Under the pieces are notes generated by a model. It saw only the letters and a program-made list of their open reading frames with translations. It did no database searches and was not told the origin of the DNA. A DNA stretch of 64,000 bases, from positions 46,316,001-46,380,000 of the forward strand of contig CM059432.1 of the NCBI GenBank assembly GCA_030390025.1, written 5' to 3'. The translations under genes and the position numbers were made by a program. Below, in pieces: positions 24,093 through 36,304 of the stretch (its first letter is position 1; each line of letters opens with the position of its first letter). Origin of the DNA: Squalus acanthias. Its lineage: Eukaryota.

Positions 24093-26273
24093 TTTCAAAT
24101 AAAACTGTTGGACTATAACCTGGTGTTGTGCGACTTCTCATTTTTGTCCACCCCAGTCCAACACCGGCATCTCCGCATTATGGAAATGGAGAACACACGG
24201 CACATCATAAAAAGGGGAACACATTATATCTTAACCTTATTAAAACCACCCTCCCTTAACAATACCTACACTACGTCTGGATTTGTAGGATCGGAAATCA
24301 TGCTCACCACTCGTTTTACTTCGGAAATTTTAAAGTGAGGCACTCAGCTCGTTTCGCTGCAGCACCTGACTGTCACGTGTTTGGAAGAGTTTTCTGCACC
24401 CCACTTGTTTACTTTCGCTGCTGCGAAAAGCAGGCCAGACTCCCTGTTGTCATGAAGAACTCGACGGAACTCGGATACAATTCAAAGAAGAGTCTTCCTG
24501 TGTCCGACACAGGTTGTAGTCGGTAGAACTCAAAGAAGAGTCCTGTATTTATATTTTCGGGCGCAGGTCGGGGTTTACTGACCGTGGCGGCACGTGGAAT
24601 TTCTTCTCGTCTTCTTCTCGTCTCGTCTCCTCGGACCTCCGGGTCCAGACACCGTTTACCGACACTCGGGATGGTGTACCCTGTTACTTGCCCTTGTCGG
24701 GGCAGCTCGTACCGATTGAGCTCCACCCAACACTCGAATAACCGACCAGTACGGCTAAGAGTCAAGAGTCAACAAAGTCCAGAGAGAAAAACAAAAGGCT
24801 GCCCGTCCAGGAGAGCGATACCAGAGGATAAGAGTTCAGCAAGCGAAATAAGAGAGCGATGGACATTTGTTCTCTATAGTTATAGTGCTGTGTCCACTTA
24901 TCTCCCGCTCAAATCTTAATGTTTGTCCTTTGTGTAATATTTGGCGCTCAAAACTCCCAGCATGGGGCGATTATCTTCTTTAACGGGTTTCGGTTGCACC
25001 TGAAACTGGCCAACTATCCGTTAATGTTTTCCCCATTGTTGAAACCAGCCAGGATGTGTATGAATCGTCTCCCTGACTGGTTTTGGGGCCCCCCGAATAC
25101 TGGCTTAATCACCCGTCAATGTCTCTCTCATTGTAGAGCCGGGGGGGTATTTGTGTATTGATGTGTCTGGCTGGGCCTTCGATTGCCCAGTACAATGATC
25201 CTTACTGTGCATAGGAAAACGATTCCAGCACTTATATCATTGCTATTGTTCGCAATGCAAACGGGTTGCATCCTGTCTTTATCAATGTTTACCGAGTATG
25301 ATCCAATCTCATATTGAATGTATATTCGACGCCATCTTGTCTGCCCACTGTGTTCCTGGAAGCTTCTGCCACGATGCGTGGTGGCCATTTTACAGGCTTC
25401 TGTGTCCTTTATCATCAGGACAGCATTTCGTTTAATAAAACTGATCAATTGAATCTGCTTCTGTCATGTTATTTTGAATCGCGATAATTGCGAACTTTAC
25501 AAGTCCACAGGAATCAGATATGAATTCCATATTTTTAAGATTTTTATTATGAAGTGAGCTCTAATAATTTCTGCCAGAAATAATACTATTTCTTAACCAA
25601 AATATGAAATACCATTTATGGTGAATTTGTTTAAATTTTAATCCCTTTATCACATTCTACTTCATTATATATTCTATTAGCTTTCTCCACATAGAATTAT
25701 TATAGCATTGAGTTACTTTGTTGATTTATTTCCTAGGACAGAGTTCATGCCAAGAGGTTAAGAACACGCAGATACTGTAAAAAAAAATGAACAGCTGTAA
25801 TAAGCATTGATGAAAAAACAAATGGGAAACAGTGGAGCCAATACTTGTTCTTTTGATTAGCTACATCTCCAGTGTTTGTCTGTATGTGATCATTTATTTT
25901 TGCATAGCTGATTCAAGCACATGACAAATCTGTGCACATGGACAACGTGCATGTGATTGTAATTTTATAATGACCCATTTGTTTGGCCACAGATAATTTG
26001 CCTCTGCCCGTGGTGAACAAATCGTATGCACAGGTAAGACTGGAAAGCAGGCATTAATTGTATGCTAGAAAAAGAAAAGATGGATTTGAATGAAAAAGGA
26101 ACAGAAAAGAGGAATGCATCAGGACAGAATTCCAGAAGGAAAATGAGGGCAGCTTCAGAGTAGGAGACATGATGACTACCTGAACTATGGCCATTCCTCC
26201 CTTTTCTAGATTTCATAACAGCCCATGAGGAGCAGCTGCAATAATTGGTAACCCGACAACGATTCTTCTAGGC

Positions 26274-26468
26274 CAGCGTTTCCCAACCTGTGGTCCGCGG
26301 ACCACTGGTGGTCCGCAAGGGTACTGCAGGTGGTCCGTGATAAAAAATATATAAGTTTGACTCCCGTCAGCCATAGGCTGTTAAAAAAATTTTAAACGGC
26401 TGGTGGTCCGCAGAAGCAATTTTTAAACGGCTGGTGGTCCGCATGAAGGAAAAGGTTGGGAACCGCTG
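26274..26468. mobile_element. hAT (Charlie-like) MITE, 195 bp
   Basis: TIR cagcgtttcccaacct / aggttgggaaccgctg; perfect 8-bp TSD ttctaggc; internal tggtccgc repeats. Confidence 0.92.
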
Positions 26469-27368
26469 TTCTAGGCTAAAATCTTACGGTGTGATATTCG
26501 TAATAAAGTATTTGTATAAAATTCTGTCTGTTACTTTGTTGAAAGTGTTAGTCTGTTTAAAGGAAATCGACTACCAACTTTATTAATATAGTGCACAAAG
26601 CAAGATCACACAGCAAGATTTCACCCCATTCAAATCTCCTCTGTGTTCCCAGCAATTACTAGTGTCAGAGTAATAGCTGTCTGTGCTGCACCTTGTCTTG
26701 TACTTTTAATGTATTAAAACTCTTAGGTATTCATGTACTTCTTGTAAATGTAACATTTACTTCATGTAACACTTCCATTTCCCTCAAGCTTTTTTCATCA
26801 TTCTATTTCTGTTATGCTTGTCTGTTATGCTTAAAATTTACTAATTTCTTAAAGTTACCTCTGATTGGGTCCTCCAAGCCCCATCTCCAAAGTAGGTAGT
26901 AATGTGGCACTGGTCTCCACAGCGCCATCTCCCTGATGCCGATCAAAATCAAGCACCTCACCCAATGCAAACTCTTGCTGCCTCTGCCCACTCGCTCCTA
27001 CCACTTCTTCCACACCTGAGCCTCCGCCCCTCACCCCCCGCAATTGCACTTCCCCCCCTTTCCTATTAACCACTTTCCCTTGCACAAGCATCCATGTTTC
27101 CACCCCCCGCCCCCACCCCCACCATAATCCTGCCCTGAGATAAGAGCTATTGCTGCATTCACAACTGTGACCTGGGAGATGGCTTTAAGCTGGCTAACTA
27201 CAATAAAAGCACAGAAATTGCTTTAAACAATTTAAAGCCAGTTGCCAAGTCATGGCCAGGAATTCAGCTATAGGCTTTCTTTACAAATACAGTGGTGGGA
27301 TTCCTGAAAGGTTTCTCTCAGTTCTGAGTTGGGAAGCCTGTCTTAACTATTTAAAGTGCATTTATATT

Positions 27369-28128
27369 GGGCCGTATTTTCCGATCGGAGGCTTCCTGTG
27401 TGCGGAGGCCTCCGATCTGGAAAAAATCTATGGACTTACCTGAGGGCTCCCAAGGTGCGTATACTTCCGATTCCTGGGCCTCTCCAACTCGAAATGTGCA
27501 GGGCCCACGTATCCCAGAGGCGCATGCGGTTCGCAAGCGTCCCTGGGATCACGTGGGCTATAGGGAGCCAATAGGAGAAGGGAATCTCCCTTCATACACT
27601 TGACAGATAGACCGTGTCAAAAGTATGAATGGAGATCACCCCAAAAACACAGTAAAACATTAAATAAATGTAATAAAAAATCACATTTTTTAAATGAGTT
27701 GAAATTACAATAAATTAAATAATTTAAACAAAAATTTAATTTTTTGAAAAAAATAATTAAAGTTTTTATGGGGCTAAAAATAAACTTATCTATTTTTAAA
27801 GTATTTTTAAATGATAAATGATTGAATTTTTTTTTTTTTACTTTTTTTCAAATCTTATGCTGGTAAAAGCAGGCCTTACGCTTGCTTTTACCAGGCGTAA
27901 GATTTCTAAGGGTTTTCTGCGGGCAGAGGTTCTCCAGAAAGCGGAACTATCCGCCCACAGAGGCCCTTCTCCAGGGCAGGTGTCCGATCTGTCAAGAGCA
28001 TTCTTGACAGATTGGAAATGCCGGTTTTCAGCGCGTGCGCTTGGCATGCCTGAAACCGGCATTTCCGATGTCCCTACGGGTGTGTATACAGCGCGTACAC
28101 GCCCGTAGGGATCGGAATATATGGCCCC
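27369..28128. mobile_element. Harbinger-type MITE (~760 bp)
   Basis: TIR gggccgtattttccgatc / gatcggaatatatggccc; AT-rich core, GC-rich ends; TSD unclear. Confidence 0.7.
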
Positions 28129-28169
28129 AGATATTATATTATAATTGCTGACTTACGGTTGGCAATTGC

Positions 28170-28966
28170 AAACTCCATTCCCTAGCCACTTACTCCATCC
28201 CTCTCCCTAACATCTGTCTGAGGTTGAACCACACTGTTCGTAACCTTGGTGTCATATTTGACCCTGAAATGAGCTTCCGACCACATATCTGCAGCATAAC
28301 TAAGACCGCCTATCTCCACCTCCGTATCATCACCCATCTCCGCCCTTGCCTCAGCTCATCCGCTGCTGAAACCCTCATCTATGCCTTTGTTACCTCTAGA
28401 CTTGACTATTCCAACGCACTCCTGGCTGGCCTCCCTCATTCTACCCTTCGTAAACTTGTGGTGATCCAAAACTCGGCTGCCCGTGTCCTAACTCGCACCA
28501 AGTCCTGTTCACCCATCACCCCTGTGCTCACTGACCTACATTGGCTCCCGGTTAAACAACGCCTCGATTTCAAAATTCTTGTTTTTAAATCCCTCCCTGG
28601 CCTCACCCCTCCCTATCTCTGTAATCTCCTTCAGCCCCACAACCCCTCGAGATATCTGCGCTTCTCTAATTCTGCCCTCTTGAGCATCCCTGATTATAAT
28701 CGCTCTACCATTGGTGGCCGTGCCTTCTGTTGCCTAGGCCCCAAGCTCTGGAATTCCCTGCCTAAACCTCTCCGCCTCGCTACCTCTCTTTCCTCCTTTA
28801 AGACGCTCCTTAAAACCTACCTCTCTGACCAAGCTTTTGGTCACCTGCCCTAATTTATCCTTATGTGGATCGGTGTCAAATTTTTTTGTCTTAGAATACT
28901 CCTGTGAAGCACCTTGGGATGTTTTACTACGTTAAAGTCGCTATATAAATACAAGTTGTTGTTGTT
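28170..28966 (+). mobile_element. L2 LINE 3' fragment (ORF2 C-terminus 28224-28853)
   Basis: VRNLGVIFD...AFVTSRLDYSN...LHWLPVKQRLDFKIL...GGRAF...WNSLP; tail gctatataaatacaagttgttgttgtt. Confidence 0.9.
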
Positions 28967-29194
28967 ATAAGTGGACCAAGCATTTTATTTAACTATAAAA
29001 AGCTTCCCAGCTCAGTGCTGGGAAAACATTGTTGTAAAACTTCTGAGAGGCAGAACACTGTTTAGGCTTACAACCTTCATTCTTCTTTGTTCCACTCCTC
29101 CCAAAAGTATTACCAGATATCAGCCTTCTCAACATATATCCTAGCCCCTTCTGCTAGTTCGTCACTCTGCTCCCTCTCCCTCAAGCTTTCTAGG

Positions 29195-29520
29195 AGTCAG
29201 CCATGGCTCAGTGGTAGCACTCTTGCCTCTGAGTCAGAAGATTGTAAGGTTCAAGCCCCTAATACAGAGACTTGAGCACATAATCTAACTTGACACTACT
29301 TCAGTGCTGAGGGATTGCAGCACTGCCAGAGATACTATCTTTCAGATGAGATGTTAAACTGAGGCCCTATTAGGCGGATATAAAAGATCCCATGACATGA
29401 TCCGTAGAAGAGCATGGCAATCTCTTGGGGTCCTGGCCAACATTTATCCCTCATCCAACACCACCAAAGACAGATTATCTGGCTCATTTATCTCACTGCT
29501 CTTTGTGGGACCTTGTGTAT
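29195..29520 (+). mobile_element. Deu-domain SINE, 3'-truncated
   Basis: tRNA-like head tggctcagtggtagc...ggttcaagccc; body matches 51001-51340. Confidence 0.85.
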
Positions 29521-30435
29521 AAAAACTGACAAAAGCCCCCCACCCCCACCCCCCCCCCCCCCCCCAACCTCCACCCTTTCTCCAGTCCTTTTACACACCT
29601 CTTATCTTCTTACAACCTAAAACATCTTCCCTGCCATCTTCCAAGGATCCTGGGCTTTAAAAAAATGAAATAAAACTGAGTACACAGGTAAACAATAATA
29701 CGCAAATGTCTTTGATTTACACTTTACAATTTACAAAAATAAATGTAGATATCATCATAAACTATGAATCCAAAAATGTATACATTATTAAAAATCTTGT
29801 GTCAGACAGGCACTCCCTGTCCACATACCCAACTTCCTGGTGTCATGATTTTGGTTATGATTTTCTGTCAACATTTAATTGCTGTTTCAACATTTCTCAT
29901 TCAATTTTGCTATGTCAACTGTCACAATGAAGTTGCAGGTTCTGTAGCTCTGTGAAACATGTTTCTGAAGTCTCTCTCCCAACTTTATTGTCATCTTGTA
30001 TATAAAAAGACATATATTCATTAACTGTCCATGAGCAATGCCACAGGCAATTTACTAGTTTATAATCATCATAAATCAGTGGCCTGAGTAACATAATGTT
30101 TATTACATGGGATAAAACAATACCACCATTATTACCAAATAAATGTTCTACAGCATTGGTTTAGGAACTTCCTGTCTTCACACTTACCATGGTGATGCAA
30201 GTCATAAGGAAATAGACAAGAAAAGTAGATTTTATGAATTTGCACTCACAGTGCAAAGCTTTGTGCAGTGGGAATGTGTATCAGAAATTAAGCACAGAGG
30301 TCAGTGGATTCCACAAGATTTTCCATCCATCAATTGGTGCTGGGAGCACAAATTCATAAAATTTAAGTCCAATATATCTAAAATCAAATATAACAAAAAT
30401 AAATACCAGTTATTCTATAGGGTACTGAATTTGGA

Positions 30436-30526
30436 TGATCAGCCATGATCTCATTAAATGGTGGAGCAGGCTCGAGGGGCCGAATGGCCTACTCCTGCTC
30501 CTATCTTCTATGTTTCTATGTTTCTA
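30436..30526 (+). mobile_element. CR1 3' tail fragment
   Basis: gatcagccatgatctcatt...ggcctactcctgctcctat + (ttctatgt)n tail. Confidence 0.8.
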
Positions 30527-30947
30527 TTCAACACAGAAAAAAAGGGCTCAGTATCATGCAGAACAGAAACAATTACCACAACAAGAAACACAAAACTGCA
30601 ATGCCGGCACTAATATGCAGATACCTATGTGACACCAGCACCTTTTTACAATAGTGCACAGCTGGCTTATTCTAAAGACAGAATCTACAGTATATCTGGT
30701 TTATTTGTCTGCATGAAACACCAGTAAGTATTAATTGAATACTTGCTGCCTGAAGCACAGAGAACCACAAAATATGTTAATTCACAAAGCAAAGGGCATC
30801 ATCCTACAAAATGGTTAAACTGGTTAAAAGACATATTGCAGCTATTCAACAAACCTACTAGATGGAACAAAATGACATAATGAACAGATGCAGAGCCAAT
30901 TGACTGAACAGGAATCTGCCTACAAGATGAATACAGGAAACCCAAAC

Positions 30948-31407
30948 TAAAAATAGAACATGCTGGAAATGTACAGCAAGTCTGTCATCATCTGTAAAGA
31001 AAGACTTGCATTTATATAACGCCTTTCATGACCACCGGACGTCCCAAAGTGCTTTACAGCCAATTAAGTACTTTTTTTAACTGTAGTCACTGTTGTAATG
31101 TAGGAAATGCAGTAGCCAAATTGCACACAGCAAGCTCCCACAAACAGCAATGTGAGAATGACCAGATAATCTGTTTTAGTGATGTTGATTGAGGGATAAA
31201 TATTGGCCAGGACACTGGGGGTAACTCCCCTGCTCTTCTTCGAAATAGTGCCATGGGATCTTTTACGTCCACTTGAGTTTCACATCCCATCCGAAAGACG
31301 GCACCTCCGACAGTGCAGCACTCGCTCAGTACTGCACTGGAGTGTCAGCCTGGAGTAAAGAGAATAGATAGATTAATGCTTTGCTTATAGACTCTTCATC
31401 AGAACTG
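30948..31407 (-). mobile_element. Old PLE terminal remnant split by a Deu SINE (31001-31354, minus)
   Basis: atgctggaaat..cagcaagtctgtcatcatctg | SINE | ..ctcttcatcagaactg; TSD gtaaaga at 30994-31000 and 31355-31361. Confidence 0.7.
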
Positions 31408-31829
31408 AAAACTAAAAGAAAGCCCTTTAACAGGGTTTAAAATAGAAAAGGGAAAACCACCGACAATGCAACCAGAGAGAGGAAGCTAATAGGTTAAACG
31501 GCCTACAGACTGTGTATTTCTGACATTTCCTAATTTTGTTTCAATGGTCCCAGAATGATTCTTCTTCCAATTTCTCCTCCTTCCGTGACACCATAGAGAT
31601 CACGGCTGAGACTGGAAACTCAATATAAGGGGGACAATGGGACAAAATTCGTATCTCTCCCACTGAAAAATCTCAGTGCACTTTAAGCACAGTGAGTGAT
31701 ACAAGGGTTGAGCTTTTAATTTTCTCTATCGAATGGCCCCTGATATAAAAAAAACATTGCTAGGAATAACGTAGATATTTATCACATAGTAGAGAATTCA
31801 GCTTTGCATTTGTTTAACTAACATAAGAT

Positions 31830-34250
31830 AAAACATTCTTGAACCGCCAGAGCACAGGGGAGATGCATTCCGTTCACACTAATCTGGATATTTTGTCTAT
31901 CTTCCCTGCCAAGGAGACAGATAAATACAACGCCTGCATAATGAACGAAGGTTTCTGCCGTGAAACAGGAGTGAGGGAGGACTGTGCCAGTTGTACAGGG
32001 TCGTTTGATAGTCAGTGCGCAGACTCGCTGGAGGCTGCCTGGACTGTTACACTCCAGCTCAGTGGTTGCAGCCAGTGAAATTGCTCAGGAGCGATCGGCA
32101 GCACAGAGCAGCCCAGGCTCTGCATAGCTCCCTGTCTCCCTCTTATTCACAGTCTGGCTCTGTCTCCAGCCACAGGCAGCTCCCTTACAAATGAGCGACT
32201 CCTTCTTTGAAAGATGGCAAACGGGTTCACTAAGCCTCTAGCCACATTGTACAAAGGAAGACTTGCATTTGTATATTCCGGGGCGTTTTATTTGCAAACC
32301 TTGCTTTGGATTATTTGTTCCGTTTGCGGCGAGGAGCAGCCCTTCAGCGTGGAGGTAAGTTTGCAAGACTTCTTTTTCTGGATTAGTAATATTCCTGTTC
32401 CAGTATTTGAATTCGCTGACGCTCCGATACCGTATTATCCACGCACTGGGATCTCCACAAATTACTAAAGTAACAACCCAAACATGTTTCTACAGCTTAC
32501 AAAATTGTGTGCATGCGATTGCTTAGAAAAAAATGTTTTAATATTTTATTCCTTTAAGCTAAGCAAAAAAGATCCCGTATATCTATTTTAGAACAGTTTT
32601 CATTTGTGTGGAACGATATTCAGTTTATTATAATTCCTAGGCACATAAAACACGAAGGCGATAGTGCTGTCTCACAGTGTGAAAGGACTTAAGTGTCCGG
32701 AGGGATTTTTTTCAAGCCAAAGAACCTTACCCGATGACTTGGTGAATGCCGCTTTCTTGAGCACTTGTGTGGAGAAGCGGTGTTGTTGTTGATTTATTAT
32801 TCATTGCCCGGCCAATGAGAATAAACGTGTTTGCGGACTGGATACTTTCTGCTTAAGGCAGAGTCACAGCTTTGATCCAACACTGTGCTACAATCCCACT
32901 TTAACCCTCCTCACCCCTGCATAGCCCGTGTCTTATTGTGGGCATTACTCTGGGGTTGTGACATTCCTCCAGTCGGAGTCTCCCTGTGTAATTTCAAATG
33001 ACTGGGGAAACGAACACTATATATATCCCGAGCAAATTATTCTGCTTTTCTCATATTTCTAAAGATGGCTTGAAAATATTATAAGGAAACCAATTGCAAT
33101 TACCATATGTGCAACGATGATGATTTAACTCAGCAAACTTTACTGGCTCTCTATCGAACCCCTTTATTTCACTCATGTAGTTGGTGGGTCGAATCCCAAC
33201 GACCTGTCCCGCTGTTGGCTTTCGGTCCTCTCAATATTTACATTATTTACACGTTGTATTCATTTTTTTAACCAAAGTTTGATAAATAATGGTAAAGTGA
33301 CGGGTCACTTGGAGTTCAGTTCCTTATTCGTTCTGTTTCTACAAACTCCATTAGGATTTGATCATTTAACACAGATGTACCGTTTAGGAGAATCCGCCTT
33401 TCATATCATTTCGCTTTTTTATGCGTCTCTTTATTTCTCGCCCCGATCGGATATTCAGACAATGAGACTGGGAGTTGCATTCCATCTCCCGAGTGAACGT
33501 GCTCTGTCTCTGGCTGTGAAGTCACAGCCTACGAGCTGATACTGGCGAACTGCAGTTGCCTCGGGCAAACGGACGCCAGCTTGAACATTCGGCTTCTAAA
33601 AAGCAGCCAGCAATCCCAGAGTGACTTTTCAGGGCAGCTTGGAGCATCCCCAATGCTTTCTCAACATTGGAAACTGCTTTGCACTTGGCCTGTTCTGCAG
33701 TGCAGTTTTAATCGGCGGCGAATGGGGTATTGTCATGAAAGTTATCAGAGAGGATCTGCTGAAGAACCTCCTGTGGAATATATTGACAGACCAATAAGTT
33801 TTGATTTATCAAATATAATTGTCAAGAGCTGAATTTGGAGAAGTGTGGTTATTGCGTCTTTTAGAAATGGTACTGGGCTTGAGATTCCTGAACTTGCCTT
33901 CACACATTGGAATTGATGCAGTTGTAATGCTTTGCCGATGGTAATATGAATCATTCTTGCGCGTTCTGAGTTTGGTAAATATATAGAGCACGATTTTCCT
34001 ACCGCTATAATCATTGTGAATAAGTCTCTGCTGAGATTACTTTTCTGAGTGCCACAGCTGCACACAATTGTAGTATGGCAGCAAGGAGACCGTCTTTCGG
34101 AGTCAGGAAACCATGCTACCACCATCGTTACATTTCTGGAGTGGGAGGAGGAATGGGCGGAGAGTGCCATGTGATTAAGGGACGCTCTCTTTTCTGACGG
34201 TGTGACCGGGAGGCGGGAGGGGGACGAACAGGGTGCAGACTTCTAGGTAC
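31830..34250 (+). promoter_or_regulatory. CpG-enriched unique region: probable promoter / 5' UTR / start of first intron
   Basis: Repeat-poor and visibly richer in CpG than unique DNA at 47-51 kb; contains the candidate first exon. Confidence 0.55.
32214..32354 (+). CDS. Probable first coding exon of a secreted or type-I membrane protein (signal peptide)
   Basis: Strong start context aagATGG; MANGFTKPLATLYKGRLAFVYSGAFYLQTLLWIICSVCG-EEQPFSVE (hydrophobic stretch, VCG|EE cleavage-like site); consensus donor GAG|gtaagt at 32354/32355, phase 0. No downstream exon confidently found. Confidence 0.6.
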
Positions 34251-34769
34251 TTCAGTCCTATCAAGCAAAAGGGGTCTGCATGTTTTCTTTTCAGTCGTGT
34301 TTCTATAATTTATTAGAATGACCTATGTATCACTGACAAAAAAATACAATTTTAATGACATGATTTGTGCCCTGTTAATAATTTGCTGCTTTATTTGCTT
34401 TTTCATAGCTCATGTTGTAAAATTCTGTGTCGCTGGGTAGAGGTAAATCAAAAGTGAGTATCTGGCTTGTATGTCACCAAATAGTATTGGCACGATGCAG
34501 CTAGGGTTGCCAACTCTGGATGGAGGCATTTCTGGAGGTTTGATCATGTGACATTCTGACGACATGACATCTGACTATATGGTGCCCAATCACATGACAT
34601 CCAATCGTGCCATTTGCTCACATGCCATCCGATCACATGACTTCTACAAATGTTATTGCATTTACCTTATAAAGGTTGGACCCTAGTAGTTGAGTATTTT
34701 TTCTCCTGGATTTGCACCAGTAGCTGTTGTGCGAGAAGTTCCAAGAACCAGGAGGCCACCCGTGAGCAG

Positions 34770-35266
34770 GCGAAGAGGGGAAACTGACGGTGGAGAAGAG
34801 GGGAAACTGACGGTGGAGAAGAGGGGAAACCGAGGGTGGGGTAAGAAGGGAAACCGAGGGTGGGGAAGAGGGGAGATCGAGGCCGGGGAAGAGAGGAGAT
34901 CGAGGGTGGGGAAGAGGGGAGATCGAGGGTGGGGAAGAGGGGAGATCGAGGGTGGGGAAGAGGGGAGATCGAGGGTGGGGAAGAGGGGAGATCGAGGGTG
35001 GGGAAGAGGGGAGATCGAGGGTGGGGAAGAGGGGAGATCGAGGGTGGGGAAGAGGGGAGATCGAGGGTGGGGAAGAGGGGAGATCGAGGGTGGGGAAGAG
35101 GGGAGATCGAGGCCGGGGAAGAGGGGAGATCGAGGGTGGGGAAGAGGGGAGATCGAGGCCGGGGAAGAGGGGAGATCGAGGCCGGGGAAGAGGGGAGATC
35201 GAGGGTGGGGAAGAGGGGAGATCGAGGGTGGGGAAGAGGGGAGATCGAGGCTGGGGAAGAGGGGAA
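34770..35266. repeat. G-rich minisatellite, 23-bp unit GAGGGTGGGGAAGAGGGGAGATC (~21 copies)
   Basis: Directly visible; variants GAGGCCGGGG and degenerate left-hand units. Confidence 0.95.
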
Positions 35267-35336
35267 TCTGAAGGTGGGGGAGCGATTCTCAGAGGGGAAA
35301 CCAGAGGTGGGAGGAAATTTGATTCCACCAGTAAAG

Positions 35337-35561
35337 AAGAAAGACTTGCATTTATATAGCGCCTTTCACGACCACCGGGCATCTCAAAGCACTTTACAGC
35401 CAATGAAGTACATTTTGAAGTGGAGTCACTGTTGTAATGTAGGAAATGCAGCAGCCAATTTGTGCACAGCAAGGTCCCACAAACAGCAATGCAAGAATGA
35501 CCAGATAATCTGTTTTGTTATGTTGGTTGAGGGATAAATATTGGCCAGGACACTGGGGATA
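35337..35561 (-). mobile_element. Deu-domain SINE 3' half
   Basis: aagaaagacttgcatttatatagcgcc...gagggataaatattggccaggacactgggga. Confidence 0.9.
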
Positions 35562-35990
35562 ACAAATGATAACTCAGCGAAATTGCACTGATGTCTAATA
35601 GTAAAGTGGTAACACTCAAATTCCCCTCAAAACCAACAGTAATACAACAACTCAGTATATTTAACTAGTAGTAATAGATGTAATGCCCCGATATCCTACC
35701 TGTAACTAGTAGTAATCCTACAACCCACTGATATTCACCCTGAAACCGTAGCAAGGTGGGGTCAGGCACCCCAGTTGGCCACATTTAACAGGCCCAATCT
35801 CTCTCCCTATCACCTTCGTCTCTGGTTTGGGCTCCGGTTCTGTGTGAAGATGACAACACTGAACTGGGAACCTCAGTCAGAGCTGATCTGTACGATAGCA
35901 AAATGCTGCGGATGCTGGAAATCCGAAATAACAACAGAAAACGCTGGAAAAACTCAGCAGGCCAGGCAGCATCCGTGGAGAGAGAAACAG

Positions 35991-36028
35991 AGTTAACGTT
36001 TCAGGTCGAAGACCTTTCGTCAGAACTG
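35991..36028 (-). ncRNA. Minimal type-I hammerhead ribozyme motif
   Basis: Reverse complement reads agtt-CTGACGA-a-aggtc[ttc]gacct-GAAA-CGTT-aact. Confidence 0.75.
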
Positions 36029-36304
36029 GAAAAAAGCAGGAAATGAAATAGATTTAAAGCAAGTTAGGGCTGGGAAAAGGGGGAGGGGATGAAAGAACAA
36101 AAGGAGAGATTAAGAGACATTGAGAGACATTAAGAGATAATCAAGGCAAGAGGAGGTGTTAATGTGACAGGTGGAGGCTAGATGAAGTGTGAAATGCACT
36201 GGCAGAATGAAGGACAGCTGCCAGCTTCTGGGAGGGAAAAAAAAGGGGGGGCCAAACAAAAGGGTGGATGAAAAAATGAAATATAAATATGATAGGGGCC
36301 GAGG

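Larger units (their letters stand above)
23039..24178. mobile_element. Fold-back (inverted) PLE-derived element with hammerhead motifs; left arm interrupted by a MITE
   Basis: 12-bp TSD tatggaaatgga (23027-23038, 24179-24190); arms 23039-23077 + 23974-24026 vs 24054-24150 are reverse complements. Confidence 0.85.
22719..25501 (-). mobile_element. Putative long solo LTR (~1.6 kb once the nested 23039-24178 insert is removed)
   Basis: TGTAA...TTACA termini, CpG-rich non-coding interior, minus-strand TATAAATA (~24546-24553) upstream of minus-strand AATAAA (~22937-22942); only AGT is shared by the flanks. Confidence 0.5.

Noticed and set aside
32214..32354. Assignment to the CACNA2D family from the EEQPFSV resemblance
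   Set aside because: The similarity is only a few residues and no supporting downstream exon is present; left unnamed.
34633..35537. RG/GE-rich and Pro-rich ORFs
   Set aside because: Translations of the 23-bp minisatellite plus the adjacent SINE.
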